Positions 1 through 14,556 of a DNA stretch of 64,000 nucleotides are shown in pieces. A program made the position numbers and the translations under genes. Each line of letters begins with the position of its first letter. Within the stretch, counting starts at the first letter, position 1. Source of the stretch: Paragordius varius. Its lineage: Eukaryota; Animalia; Nematomorpha. Under the pieces are notes generated by a model. It did not search any database, had not been told where the DNA came from, and was given only the letters and a program-made list of their open reading frames with translations. The stretch covers positions 8,246,001-8,310,000 of the forward strand of contig OZ176051.1 of the NCBI GenBank assembly GCA_964247055.1, in the 5' to 3' direction.

Positions 1-1498
1 TAAAATTGGATAAAGATTATAAATAATAACCTATGTGCATTTAAAGAAAACACAACAATGTTTTTTATTGTTATAAAATTATTGGTATATTTGGTTCTAA
101 TATATAATAAAAAAATCTAAACACCAAAACTATTATGGTCAAAATGATATCAGTTGTATGATTTAAATTTATTTAAGGTTTTTCCTCCAATTTTTCGCAC
201 TGAATGTCCAATAAACTCATCTAAAAATGTTCGATAATCCATTAAAGTCATACAATGTCCATAAGTTATTCGCAGTATAGGTCGGCATTTCATTACTTTT
301 GGGTGCCAAATTTTTTAAATAGCAAATGACCAAAATGTTATCAGCATTAATGATTATAATACGGGATATGAAATAACTTCAAAATATCTACAAATTAATT
401 ACTAAACAGTATTATGAAACAATTTTAGGTCCCTATGATAATCAATCATATCTTGATGTTATAAACAGGATGATTGCGTTAACTTATATATTTTCCAAGC
501 ATGATTTATTCTAAGACGCTGAAATAATAGATAAATATTGCTACGCATGAATAAAAATTCTCTCCTATATCAAAATTTTTAAATTTTAAATTCCGTAAGT
601 TTTGGGTAAAAGATATTCAAAACGAAAATAATAAATAATTAACTTTTTATAAATGTTGGAGAAGGTATTTTTATGAAATATAATTTGGGGTTGTTTATAA
701 ACAACTCATCCTAAATATTCACCTTTATATTTCAAAGTTAAATGGAATCTTATATATATTTATTAGATAATCAATGAAAATACCTTGGTTGAATATTGAA
801 TATAAAAAAATTTTTTTGCAAAAATGGTGGATAAAAAATATATAGTAATTTTACCTATGGTTAACACCCCGTGCGTAATTGTTTATCGCGTAAAATAATC
901 GAAACTACTACGCTATTTTAAATATTAACTAGCATATAATAATAAAATTAACACTTTATAACCTTTTGGGGTAGTTTTATATCCCAGAGCGGTTGGAAAT
1001 TTAAATACTTTATTAGGTATTTTAGGTAGTAAAATATGCTTTTTAGCCATTTGGAATCATTAAATAGAATTTAAAAATGTAAAATCGTAAAAAATCATCA
1101 TCTAAAACTTTATCGCAGCCATTTTTATCTTATTTTTCTAAATCGTTAATGCAACAGGCAAATAGATGTATATTATGGTTAGAAAATGTGAATAATTAAC
1201 CTTTAAAAGCTTTCAGGCTACATTTTACCAGCAAAAAACAGCTGTTCATTTCAGCCGTGTTTTGGAGTACTCCCAATTTTAGATTCTAAAAGTAAATAAT
1301 GTAAGCTTTTTTTCTAATTTACAAGAAGAGGGTTTGAAACATAAATTTCCCCCAAAAAACTTTAAAACGTTAGTTTGTTACTATAAGCAATATCCAAATC
1401 TACCTCAAAATGTAATCGCATACAAAAAAATGAAAAGGTTATAAAGTGTTTAAGTTTTGTTAATATATATATATATTTATAAAAATATAAAGTGGTAA

Positions 1499-3176
1499 CT
1501 TTGTGATCTGTTTCCGGAAAACCGTTAGACCTATTCAAATCCATCATTAATAAATGCCCCAACAATAGCTTCGCCCCTTTTTTGAATTAAGCCCCCAGTT
1601 CGGGCCCACCCCGTACAAAAAACGAGTTTATTAAAAAGAAGTCCACAATCGCGTCTTTGAGACATTTACTTATTTTCGATTGCGCCGAACATAGTCGGCT
1701 CGCTTTTTTAATTTAGGCCCTCTGTTTATCCGCTCCCCCCGTAAAATGCCACTTTTTTCAAAAAAAATAAGTCCACAAAAATAATTTTTTAAATCTATTT
1801 TTCGCCCATAGTATGAGACCGTAAAATTCAAAAGAATTCCAGGTATTTTCTGTTATAAGGCAAAATTTTTAGTCAAGCGTTTCTTTGATGATAGCCGCTG
1901 GGTAAGGAGATACCCGCTAAAAACTGACCTGTCATATCGAAATATAGTGCTTTTGGGGCTAAGTTTCAGAAAATCTATCAGGTCATTGAGTTCAATAACT
2001 GCTTAAAAGATTACCCGTAACAAGGCAAACATTTAGATCGTGCTACTTTTTAAAATTAGCCGTTGATTAGGTTCACGCCCTAAAAAATGCGCCACCATAG
2101 AAGAATTTTTTAATTTTGAGGCAATTTTTTCAAAACTAATGAGAGCATATGGAATTTCCAGGTATTCTCCGTAAAAAGGCAAAAATTTAAGTCAAGAGAA
2201 TTTTTAAAAATAGCGGTTTATTAGGCTCTGGATAGGGGGCTACCCGCGTAAAACTGTGCGTCACTATATCGATACAGCATGCCTTTAGAGCCAAATTTCA
2301 GAAAACTTATGAGACCATGTGAGTTCAATAAGGGCCTAAAATATTTATTACCCCTTAAAAACAAATATTTTAGTATAGGGGGTTATTTCAATGAGTCGCT
2401 AAGAAATGTTTTACGCCCTGAAAAATTCGCCGCCATAGAACAATTTTTTAATTTTGAAGCAATATTTCCAAGACCTTATAGAAACATATGGTATAATTCC
2501 CTGATGTTCTTTTATACCTGCCTCTGGGTAAGAAGCTACCCGCCAAAAATTGTGCCACTATATAATTGCGTTGTTTTGGAACTTATTTAAAGAAAACTTA
2601 TGCCATATGAGCTCATTTAATGTTCGAAATATTACCCGTAACTATGAAAAAGGCCAGGCCTTTTTTTTTATCCGTTATTTGGGGCCTTTATGCCTTAAAA
2701 ATACGCCATCATATAACGATTATTAAGTGTTAAGGTATTTTTTCGAATAACCCATGAGCGATAGTCTCAAAGATGATTCTAAATATTTTCCCTATAAAGG
2801 CAAAAAATTTAACTAAGCGCTTTTTCCATATAGACCTATGGGTAGGAGTCTACCGGTTTAAAACTGAGACGCCATACAAAAATGGCATGGCTTTGGAGCT
2901 AATTTTCAAAAAACTTAGGAAGCCCTACGAGTTCAACAATGGCTTTAAATATTACCCATAAAAAGAAAAAAAATTATAGTATAGCGGTTTTTTCCGTTAG
3001 CCGTCAATTTGGGGCCTTTACGCCAGTAAACAATCATTTAGTATGAATGCACCGTTTTGAAAATCCTATAAGATCATAACTATTGAATATTTCGAAATAA
3101 TCCACATATATGGATCATTTATTAATCTCTTTTTTCAAATAGCCCCCCAGAGTCCGACGCAGCCCATTTACGCTAG
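1499..3176. repeat. Dispersed repeat head followed by about 4 diverged ~315-bp tandem units
   Basis: The head (1499 to ~1800) matches 19864-20215. The motif ctgggtaaggagatacccgctaaaaactg recurs in diverged form at ~1899, 2229, 2524 and 2839. The region ends in CTAG at 3173-3176. Confidence 0.75.
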
Positions 3177-3479
3177 TATAAAATAAAAATCGTTATTAAA
3201 CAAAAACCAAATGTAAATTCAACACACTCTCTATGAAAGGTAACATATCCAGAATACTTAATTATTATTATTTATTTGACTGGTCAATTTTTTTGCTTAT
3301 ATAATTTAATACATGATATTATTTATTGGAAATGACTTTATAATTAAATAATCTTATTATCTCCGTATTCAAATTTATATGCCATCAGCAGGAGTGTATT
3401 GACTTAAACTAAATCAAATTAATTTAAAAGATGGGATTTTATTTATTTCTCACGACAACCACACTTGCCTTTTTTCAAA

Positions 3480-3667
3480 CAGTATAAGTAAGTATACATT
3501 GCTAGAAAGTTATTTATTATTGCCAAATAGCATACACAACAAAGGGCAGTGTTATTGGCATATAGTTATTTTTTTCACTTACTAATATTAGCCAATAATA
3601 ATTCTCTTTGCTGCATATGCTATTTGGCAAAATTTAAAAACTTTCTAGCAAATACTTACACATATTG
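3480..3667. mobile_element. MITE family C
   Basis: Starts cagtataagtaagtatacattgctagaaag. It matches the copy at 50326-50509, with the interior in the opposite orientation. Confidence 0.75.
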
Positions 3668-4224
3668 TAAATCTCATTAACAATAAAACGTGAAGAAAGG
3701 TAAACACTTTACTAAAAGAGTGAATTTCTCCTAAAAATAACAATTATCCAATCGTAAAAAGTATTTATTATTTATTAGGTTAAAATAATCATTAACCAGC
3801 AAAATATATTGTTCAATTAACTATTAGATATCATATTTTGCAATTAAACAAATAAATTTCCAAAAAATATTCGCTTTAACGAGAACACCTTTTATAGTCT
3901 GGCTTCGATAATCTGTAGTGGTAATAATATACTATATCATTTTTAATTAACTAACGGTCAATTAATAAATTTATTGGGATCGTAAATTTATATATATAAC
4001 AACCTAGAATTGATGAAGTATCAAATTCTAAATTCATAATCTATTCGCTTTTTGCCATCCGCAATGACATAATAATGGGGTAGTTTTATATCACAGAGTT
4101 TAATCTTATATATAAAGTACTGTTAAAAAAGTTATATTAGTTAAAAATAATCATTTATCTAACATTGTACTACTTTAATAAACAAGGTTATATATTTTAC
4201 AGTATCATATCTTTTTGAACATTA

Positions 4225-4430
4225 ATACTCAAACCGCGGCCTACGAGCGGCATGGGTCTTACAAGTGCTTTTTTATGGCCCCGAATTATTTATTAATTTT
4301 TTATGCACTTATATATATAAAAATCCGCTATTATGTTTGCCATCTATAAAATTTTTATCAATATTCTATGGTGCATGGCTCTTGAGAGATAAATGTTTTT
4401 TGCGGCCCTTTAAATTTTTAAGTACCACTG
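4225..4430. mobile_element. Probable eroded hAT-type MITE
   Basis: The left end actcaaaccgcggcc and internal gcggccc motifs resemble hAT MITE subtermini. The right end aagtaccactg is the reverse complement of cagtggtactt. The left TIR is eroded and no TSD is seen. Confidence 0.4.
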
Positions 4431-5029
4431 ACCCAGAGTTTTAAATAGGGACTTTTTCAAAGCAAGGGTGAAAGAAACAGCTTTAAAATCAATAATATCA
4501 TATTTGTTTGCCTAAACGCAAGCTGAAAGTTACTAAAGGTAACTATTTACATTTCCCACTCATAATCTAGTTTATTGTGTTAGCATTAAAAAATTAAACA
4601 AAATGGAGGCCAAATTAAAATGAAATTTTTTTAAGATATTCAAGTTTTAAATCGTTCTGGCATATAAAACCACCTCAAAAAATATGAAGTGAAATTACAG
4701 CCGTGTATTAATGTTTGTAATCAATCAAACAGTTTGGAATTATATTCCTAGAAGTACATGAGGATATTTTATTTGGTTTTGGGACAATGTTCAAAATAAT
4801 TTTTTGTGTTAATTCCTCAATGTAAAATATTACAAATTTAACACATATAACGTGCACACCATGCTTTATTCCAAAAATATCATTATATATCATAACCATT
4901 ATTTCGTAAAAAAATACTTGTATTATTACTCATACACAGTACTTTGCTGCAATCGTTGTATTCTCAAACAGCCGCGATAAAAACACAATACGGTCCCACC
5001 GAATAGTTCCCTATCTTTAGAGGAGAACG

Positions 5030-5360
5030 GTTTGCGTGCTACTATGAGTTTGGAATTCGAAACTCTTCGTAATAAGAGTTTCAACCAAATTAGCCATCGC
5101 AAAGGTGATGCTTTACTCCGTCTCTATTTACGGGTCTGAATATTGGGTATGTAAATCCATCGACAAAGCCCACAACTTATTTTAAATGTGGTTTCTGGAA
5201 TTTTGGGTATTGACTGGCATCACATCTCCAATTCATATATATATTTAAGATCATCAAAAATTTTATTTTACGATCTGGTGATCCCCGGAAAAAACATTTT
5301 CTTTGGGTTGTTCGATGTATTCGCAAAAGAAGCCGTCCCAAAAAGCGTGGCTCAATATCT
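5030..5360 (+). pseudogene. Decayed RTE-type LINE C-terminal relic
   Basis: The frame STKLAIAKVMLYSVSIYGSEYW...F*MWFL resembles the RTE motif TKxRLxxxxVFPVxxYGCESW..AFEMWC. It contains stops and frameshifts. Confidence 0.5.
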
Positions 5361-6171
5361 TTAAATCCGTTAAAACCTTACCCTTTCGCAAATAATTCGG
5401 AAGTTTCAAAATCTCTGGAATGGAAAACGCTTATTTTTAAGAAAGATAAGAGTTGCTACGCGACCATCTATTAACACACTTATTAAATTTTTTGACCCTT
5501 TAAAAAGGACTTGTTGTCCTATACAAAAAAATTTTTTCTACACTGCATAAAGACAAAAAAATAAAAAATTCATACTTTGATTCACAAGCGATAAAATATT
5601 TGAATCTATATCATAATATAAAACATGATAAAAACATATAAAAATATTTAAATTATTATTGCAAGTTTATAAAAATTTGAAGATGCAGAAAATTCTGTCA
5701 CTTTAAACATTTAATTAATAAATATTCGTCCATAAATTTATTAAAAATACCAAATTTTGTTAAAAATTATATCATATTTTTTTGGAAGGATGTCAAAATC
5801 TGGCGCATATTTAAACTTTATTTGTACAATATCGGCAATTTTGAGAAACCTTGCCCATTTTAAACAGTCCGAATTCATAAAATTTTTCCCTACTTAAAAT
5901 TAAAATATATTTGGTATATATTAATGATATTTTTGTATTAAAGCATTTAGTTTTCACTAAAAAAATTATTTAAAATGTGCGCAAATTTTCTATTTCTTTA
6001 TTAAAACACTAACTGAATTGATAACAACTTAACAGTAAGGCATATAATTAAAAGCATTATAAGAATCAGGATAAATTTATCTGTGAGAATATAAATGTAT
6101 CACACCCCTCGATTTTGTTCACATTGTTATAATAACTCTGGATGGTTCAACGTACATGGTAATCATCTGAA

Positions 6172-9100
6172 ATGAGTAGTGATGCAGTCGCTACCAATCT
6201 TTTGGCTGAAAAAGTTGCATGCTGGAAGTCTAAAAACAATAAATGTCTCGCTCCACTTTCAGCACAAGAGTTTGACACTGTACAATTATTAAAAAAATTT
6301 TTACATGAAGAAATAAAAATTAAAACGCCAGATAAACTAAGCACAAATAATATTGATATACCTTATGAAGATCTTGATCCATCACTCAAAGCCCTAAAGT
6401 ATTTTTTTTCTTACCAAAGAATATACCAGGAAAATCTAAAACTGTTTAAAGTAAACACATTAAATCCTTTGCTGGATCAAATTGTTGAATTAACCAAACA
6501 AAGCGAACAAATTAGAAATGATTACGGAAAAGTGACGTCAATCATCAACTCTTTGCATGCTGAGAGCGAATCGATAAAGAAAGAAAAAGTACACATTATT
6601 TTTTGATTCATTAGGAAACATATCAAACCAAATTGCAATATATTGATCGGACCGTATCTTTATTTGATAGAATCGATAGTTTATATGAAGTATTTTACCA
6701 TTTTTTCGATTAATCTCTAAGCAATTTTGCCTGCATAATTATACCAAATATAATAATATTATGTATACTTTCTAAATTTTGTTTTAATATTTTTCAATCT
6801 AGTTCATTTTCGCTCATACAATTTTACATCCAAACTTTTTTTAAAAAAAATAAATTATATTGGTGCTTTTCCTTAAATAGAAAATGACATAGTTTTATTT
6901 TAATAGTTTACTATTTAGATAATAATTTTTAAATTAGGTTTTATTTAATATAATATTGCACGGATTTAAAGATTTTCTGATTTTGACTTATTAGAAAAAT
7001 GTTTCAATATCTTTTTAAACTTCTTAAAACTCATATTCTTAAGTTCTAATTGATAAATGTTTAAGAATTTTACCAAAATTTTTGTGTCCAATCTAGTGTT
7101 TTAGTTATTTTATTTTTGTTTTAGGTTAAGGTAAAATGAAATATATTGCGTAGTCAAAATTAAGTTCAATGAAAAGTAAATTTAGAATTAAAAATTGATG
7201 GGGTCAGGGAAACGTCTGCGTTTTAGGTTTTTTAAAATATATTTAATGCCAAATGTTGAAGATTATTGAAAAAATATTGGACTTCTGAAAAGTATGACTT
7301 TTTTAAAAAAAACTGGTACTGAAGGAAAAAGTTGCATAGTAATAACTTTAGTATTAGATCTAATAAAGGATAGAAAACTGCTTGAAAAAATTTTATGTGG
7401 AAGCGAAAACTTTTGGTTAGAATGAAAATAATTTCAAAGTATGGACCTGGTGTCATTTATAAAAAGTGCTTTTAATCCTCTTAATCTCGTTTTATAATGT
7501 GTTAAAGAAGGCAAAAGTGTTGAATTCAAATAAAATATTAAAATTTAATAATAATATGAGATGAAAGAAGTATTAAATAATAGACTGAAGGTTGAAAAAA
7601 ACCATGGTAAAAAAAGGTGCTAATTTTAAAATTTTTTGACAATTTTGGCAACAAACTCGCCCAATGAAATAACCACAAAATTAAATTCAATAGTAAACGA
7701 TAAATATTCTAAAACTCTTTTATAATTCCAATATACTTTGTTTTTAATAATCACAATGTAATTATACTTTATAATATAATAATTATATGTAACATTTCTC
7801 TAACCTCGTTATAATCCAACAAACAATATACAGAGATTTGTTACAAGTGAAAGTAAACTACCATTGGGCTTTGATACGTGTTTACATGTAATCCATCAAC
7901 TTGATGAAGATATCCTGTATTTACAAGCTCATGTAAGGCCTAATAAAATTAATTTTTTGTTTTATAATCATAAAAATATTTCAAATAATTAGATTTTTTA
8001 GTAGTTTTTTAATATTTTATGAAAAAATATATGTAATTACATTTACCACAGTTTAATTGGCATTATTTCACTTTTTGAAACGATTATATCAATATATTTT
8101 TGTGATTTTATTAAAATATATCGGTTTTTGCCTTTTTATTTTCCCTGTGTTGGCAATTTTTTATTTGCACATTTTAAATCTTTTAATTACTATAGCCGAA
8201 TTTCAAAGATTGTCCCATATATTTGGCTAAGGCATGGAATTTGGTACATAAAATGATATCAGAAACCCAGGCCAAAGTAATTGGTGTAATTGATATCGCT
8301 TTTACAGCTTTAGAGGCCGGAACTCAAACAGTTAATCCAAACTTGCCAAATCTATCTACAAATGTAATTTTATCTCTCAATATTCAATTTTATCAAAGTG
8401 GTGAAAAGACCGTAAAAATGTATATTTTAAAGATAAAATTTTAATATACGAAAGATTGAAAATTTTCATATGTACTCTGAGATGTTTTTATATAACGTTA
8501 TAATAATTAGTAAACTTGTCCAACATGAAATTGAGTATCTTACTATTTTACACTTCTAATCCTTATTTAGGACCCAAAATGATAGGTTATTTTAAAAAAT
8601 CAAGGTTCAAAAAATAATGATCACAATGAACACACTTTTATGTCCGATTTTCATAACTTTATTTACTGTATATAACTAACACCTTATTATACCTATTAGA
8701 CCTGCCATATAAATTAAGCAGCTTTTAAAACTATTGTGCAAATAGCGACAAAACACTTTTAAAATAAAATCAGCCGTAATGCTTAAAATTTTAATAATAT
8801 AATGAAAATTTTAATCTAGGTCTATACTTTGATTGAATTATTCCATAAAAAATATATAATTATCAATAAATTTCCATTTTATTCAAAAATTGCCTTTTTA
8901 AAGTTATGAATATTGCTGTTATTGTAAAACATTGAATAATAAAACCATTTTTTAAATATGCTATCTACCTACAACCATTTCTAATGCTTTTTATAAAATA
9001 TCAAATATAATAATTTAAATTTGAGCTGTACATTATATAATCATTAGAAACGTTGTCAAAAAATGTTTGATAAGGGGGGACATTTTTGTAGATATATTGA

Positions 9101-11267
9101 CTACATTTATATAAAATATTTTTTATAATGAGAAAACATGGCTGAAATTTTGAATGAGTTTCAGTGTTTATTCGAAAAGTTACGATTTACATAATAAGCA
9201 AAACTCTTGAATGGTTAACCCAAAATAATGAAATCATTTAAAAAATAAAGCTTATAATATGCATGATGTATTTGTGCCGAAAATTAAAATCAGATATTTT
9301 TTTAATTCATGTGAATAAATAGTCTGCCACATAAACGATGAGTTCCCATTTTTAACAAAAACGGCTGGAAAAGAATGACTCATTCACCAAATGTTAACTG
9401 GTTTGTAAAGAAATTTGATTCTAAAACAAACATAGATTTTAATGTAAAACATTATTTACACATTTTTTTACTTTAGAATTTATCGAATTCACAATCGGTT
9501 TTGGCTCAACCGACCGGAGTGCAGAGACCAGATGATATGTTATTTAGATTTTATGCCCTCTTCCGAAGCCACATTGCACCGTCTTGTACATCATTGCTGA
9601 AAACATTGGAAAAAGAATATTTTGACACTGCTAATAAAATGCACGCAAACCATTACAATTTAAACAAAAGCGAAACAGCCCATGTAATTTACCGTTTTTT
9701 AACCATTAATTATGATGAAACTAATTGATATTTTATAATTTTAATAGTATGACAAATTGATTAAATGATTACAGAAAAATATAACACAATGTATTTGTAA
9801 TTTTTGTTTTCAATTGAATTGCTATAATTGTGATATTTCCATGAAAAAACATAGTTATTTTATAAATATCTAATATCCCATGATAAATTCTTTAAAATTT
9901 TTAATGTTTTTCAAAAAATTGATTTTTATAAATGATTTATAATTTAATTAACATAAATTACATTTTTAGAATACTAATAATGGTTATTCAAGCGATAAAA
10001 ACCCCAAAGATACACAAACAGAATTAAAACCTATAACGGATCTACTTACGCAACACTTATTCTCACAATTAAGCTTGAAAAAAGAGTTAGTTTTTCCAAA
10101 CTTATTTTACTATAAATTTTAAAAAAAGGTCAAATATAAATATTTTTTGATTTAATTTTATTTTTTTTATTGATAATAGGGTGACAAATTTGCTGCATGA
10201 ATGCCGAACATATTATTTAACGCGTCGTGAAAAAGTTTTATTTCCAATCATCTATAATACGTTGGATGATTTGAATAAAAATCATACCCGTGAACATTGC
10301 AATATGGTTTCTTTTTAATATAATTTGGCTTACTTATGAATCAATTATGAGTTGTATTTTAAGTAATAATTAATAAAGCATAGACAAAATGCCATTTTTT
10401 GTAAGAAAAATATCTTATAGAAAAACCATATCGTTTAGATTGCCAAATTATTTAGAGAAATTTTGATTGATAACACCCTCACCATACCTTATAAATATAT
10501 GTATTCATTAAACATTATGAAATCAAAATAACTGTTATAAATCACAAATATTAGTTTACTTTTTTGTTTTGATTGTTTTATTCTTTAATGTTACTATTCT
10601 GCGTTTTTTAGGTTAGAAAATGCTGTAATTTTTTTGCCAATCTATACAATGATGAGGCCAGTCTATATCATTATATATTTTCACGACGCAAAAGTCCAGA
10701 ATTAATGTAATAATTTATAAGTTCTAATATAAGCAAATTTTTTAATATAAAAATAATAATATTTTTTAGGCAATACTTATCCAAGATCGCCAAAGTTATG
10801 TATGAAAGCTTAAGCACGAGAATTTTAAAAATTCGTCATATCGAAACGTTGGCAGAATTGAGTTCTGTCATAAGGGATGAAATTAGTTTGGCCACCGCGA
10901 TAGGGGACGAGGAAAAACATTCGATAGAGAGTGTGGAAAACGTTTCAAATATGCATAGTCCAAAGTAAAACTTGTATATATATTTCACCCTTAAACACTT
11001 TAAATTCACCCTTGAAAACTCAAATTCACCCTTGAATAATTCAAATTTACTCTTGAACAATTCAGATTCACCCTCAAATAAATTATATGTTTTTCAAGAT
11101 TAATAATTACTTATATTTTTATAAGATAATACTGAAAAAATAATAAAATATGCCATAAAGATATATCTCATATTAATAATGAGGTTCGAAAACACATATT
11201 TATTAGAGTGAATTTGAATGTTCACGGGTAACTTTGAATTGTTCGAGGGTAAATTTTAACTGTAAAT

Positions 11268-11327
<60 letters not shown>

Positions 11328-12246
11328 TGCACTTGGATCTTTTTTAAAAAGAAAAAAGAAAGTTTATTTCTGGATTTAATTCATTATACATAATATAAAT
11401 ATTAGAGTGTGCATTTTAAAGGTTGCTTATTTCACACTATAGTTGAGCACAATCAGCAACACGGTAGTGTATGGAAAAACAATAACAAAATATTGAATAA
11501 ATTAAACAAAGTGATTAAGAGAGTAAAAAATTGTTTATTCAATATTTTGTTGTTGTTTTTCCATACACTACTGGGTCGCGAATCACACAACTATAGTGTG
11601 AATAAGCAATCATTAAAATTGCATGCTATTTAAAGACAATTATTTCTTAAAACAAAGACAGCCATAGTTTTTGTTTATTTGATTTTTTACATATAACTTT
11701 ATGTTATGGAATTGTGAATAAATAATTTGGGTGTTTTACAGATTAAGATCTCAATTCCAACCTTAAACGGATAGGATTTATCTAAAAAATGGATTATTGA
11801 CAAAATATGGCTGTTATCTCTGCAAAAATATTAATTATTTTATTTTTTAAACTATGTCTGTTTTATTACTGTATTATATAAATTTAGTTTTACGTCAATT
11901 TCTTAAACAAAACTGTTCTTCCGGTTTTGGTGTTAAAATATGTTTTTAATTAAATTGTTTTTATTTAAGGGTTTCAACGTTTAAGTACTATGTTTGATTA
12001 TGTATGATTTTATATGAATTTCAAGATAAACCAAATATACCCAAATATTTTGAAATATAAATTATTAGTCACAAATGTTTCAACATGATTCACTAAAATT
12101 CAAACTTATATGATTAAATATATTGGAACCCATATATTTTGTTTAATATGGTATTCAAAAATAAAACATTAAATTATTTTTCATATCCGTTTTTTTATTA
12201 AAATAGTTAATATTCCAAATTTTTTGATTCTTTCAAATAGTGTTAG

Positions 12247-12277
<31 letters not shown>

Positions 12278-14525
12278 TGAAATCGTATAAGGTATCAAAT
12301 CAAACATATCATTTTGACCAAAATAGTACAATTAATTTTATATACTAGGCAACAAATCAATTTCCAGCAAACCAATCTAGAGAATGACAATATCAATACA
12401 AATAACCTTACAAATAACCATAACATAATTATGGATCACTTTAATGGGAATAATAGTAATTACGCCCTGTTGGCATGTTTGGACAAGCTAATTGGTGATA
12501 TTGGAGAAAGATTAGTTTACGTTACGCATATATATGTGGATACAGAAATTAGAAACTACCTTCCTAGCTCGGGTGATTTGGCTTACCCGGCTAAATTGAA
12601 TACTATCAAGGTGTGTGTGGTGTTTTTTATACTAATTTTTTATTTTCATCTTTTTTTGGTTTTAAAATGGGCGTACTCAAAAAATTTATATAAATTATTA
12701 TATGTAAATAGTTTTAGTTTATAGTTTTTTAAAACCTATTTTATTAAATGAAAATATTGGCAAATCTATACGAATATTACATTAATTGATACTTAAAAAT
12801 TATATACATGTGGGTATTTATTTGAGTGATATCTGGTAAACATTTTTAGTCTAAATTAGTTTCCCAAATAGAAAATCTAAGGTAGGCGCGAAAATTTTGG
12901 AAAATTAAATGAAAAAATAAAATAGAAACAAATTGAATGTTAGTGAGATCTCAGTTCCAAATTATCACGATTGATCCTCGATATGGGAAAAATATTTTAA
13001 GAATCAATACAAAACTCTCATTCATTATTAATATAAAAAACATTTTTTCTTTGTTTTTTTGCCAAAAAGGGAAGGGGCGGGCACTATTTTTTAATTTGCT
13101 AATATTAATAAAATTATAGTGTTATTCTATATCTGTTTGATTGACATAGCACTCTTTATATGTTATTGTATGAATTATTATTTAATAAGCGCTTTAGCTC
13201 TAATATTATTTTTTAAGGTAATAATTAGATAATTATAATTAAGCGATTCTACTGTTCAGATTGAATTTGATTTTGTAATCTTTTTAAACTCACCCCAGTT
13301 TTCAATAGCAAAATTGATTTATTACTTTATTTAACTGCATTGTGTAAATTTTTTAAAAAATTAATGAAAATGATAACCTTTTCCTTTCCAATTTACTAAT
13401 ATTTTACTTTGACTCTTTTCCTTTTTTATTATTTTGTCGAATAACTGTTTTGCAAATCATCTTTTAATTATACCAAAAATTTATGATGGGCGCTATAAAA
13501 TTATTTTCCTTATAACAAATTATTTTTTTCTTGTTACCTCCTATTTTTTTATATCGATCAAAATACCTTATAATAATATCTTTTTTTATATCTTTATTAC
13601 ATAGAAAATATCCGATTCAGTATTTAATTCGCAATCAGAGTCAATGATGGACAACACAAAAGAAGGCTTAAAACACATTGAACTGGAGACTCATGATAAT
13701 TCAATGGAAGAAAACGATAATATATTTATTAGTGATTCGGAAAGCGTAACATCTACATTAACGAATGATTCTGCTTTCTCTTTACGTAAAAATTATTCAT
13801 TTTCTTTTTTAAGCAAAATATTTATTACAATTCATGTCATTTTATAATTTTGAATCATCAATATTATGGATTGTATAAATACTTTTAGTAAGATGGAAAG
13901 GTTTTATAATGGTTAAAGCATGGATTGAATAAAACCTTTTATATTAATTTGGTTGCGTTATCTTATAAAAAAATTTAGTTGCACTATTTTTATTTTATTT
14001 TACCCATACTATATCTTTATTATTTTTGGTTGCTTCTTTTTTTGTTAAAAATATCTACTGCTACTCAGTTGTGCTACACATTTAAATTTCCATTAAAATT
14101 AAATTAATTAAATTATATCAAATGTCTTATATTATAGAAAAAAGCAAAAATTTGAAACCTAGAAATTATCTATCTTCGCGTGCCTCAAGTATCATAACTT
14201 CCTACACTGGTATCTCATCCAGGAGTCGATATGCAAACAGTCCATACGAACTTTTTGGATTTTGGTATCCCACAGTCCGTCGTACCATACTTTGTTTGAC
14301 TAAATTGAATCGGTGTTTAGAGGTTTAAATTTGTATTTTATGAAACAAAACTAATTATATTATTTTATGCAAAGATATTAGTTAATAACAATGCTGCTTA
14401 TATAACATTTTATTATTCTTGTTGCCCGGGTGCGCTTTCACAAGTCTTGAATCAAGACATTATTCTTTCATAAGAATACGAAAAAAAGAGATTTTATTAT
14501 ATTAAATTATTATTAATTGTAAAAA

Positions 14526-14556
<31 letters not shown>

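Noticed and set aside
150-515. Moderately GC-rich stretch with a 52-codon - strand frame (WHPKVMKCRPILRITYGHC...) and a + strand frame broken by three stops
   Set aside because: No usable splice sites or start and no recognised homology. It may be a decayed element, but I cannot support a call.
7200-7460. Intronic segment reading [37 protein letters not shown], faintly transposase-like
   Set aside because: The similarity is too weak and there are no catalytic motifs or termini.
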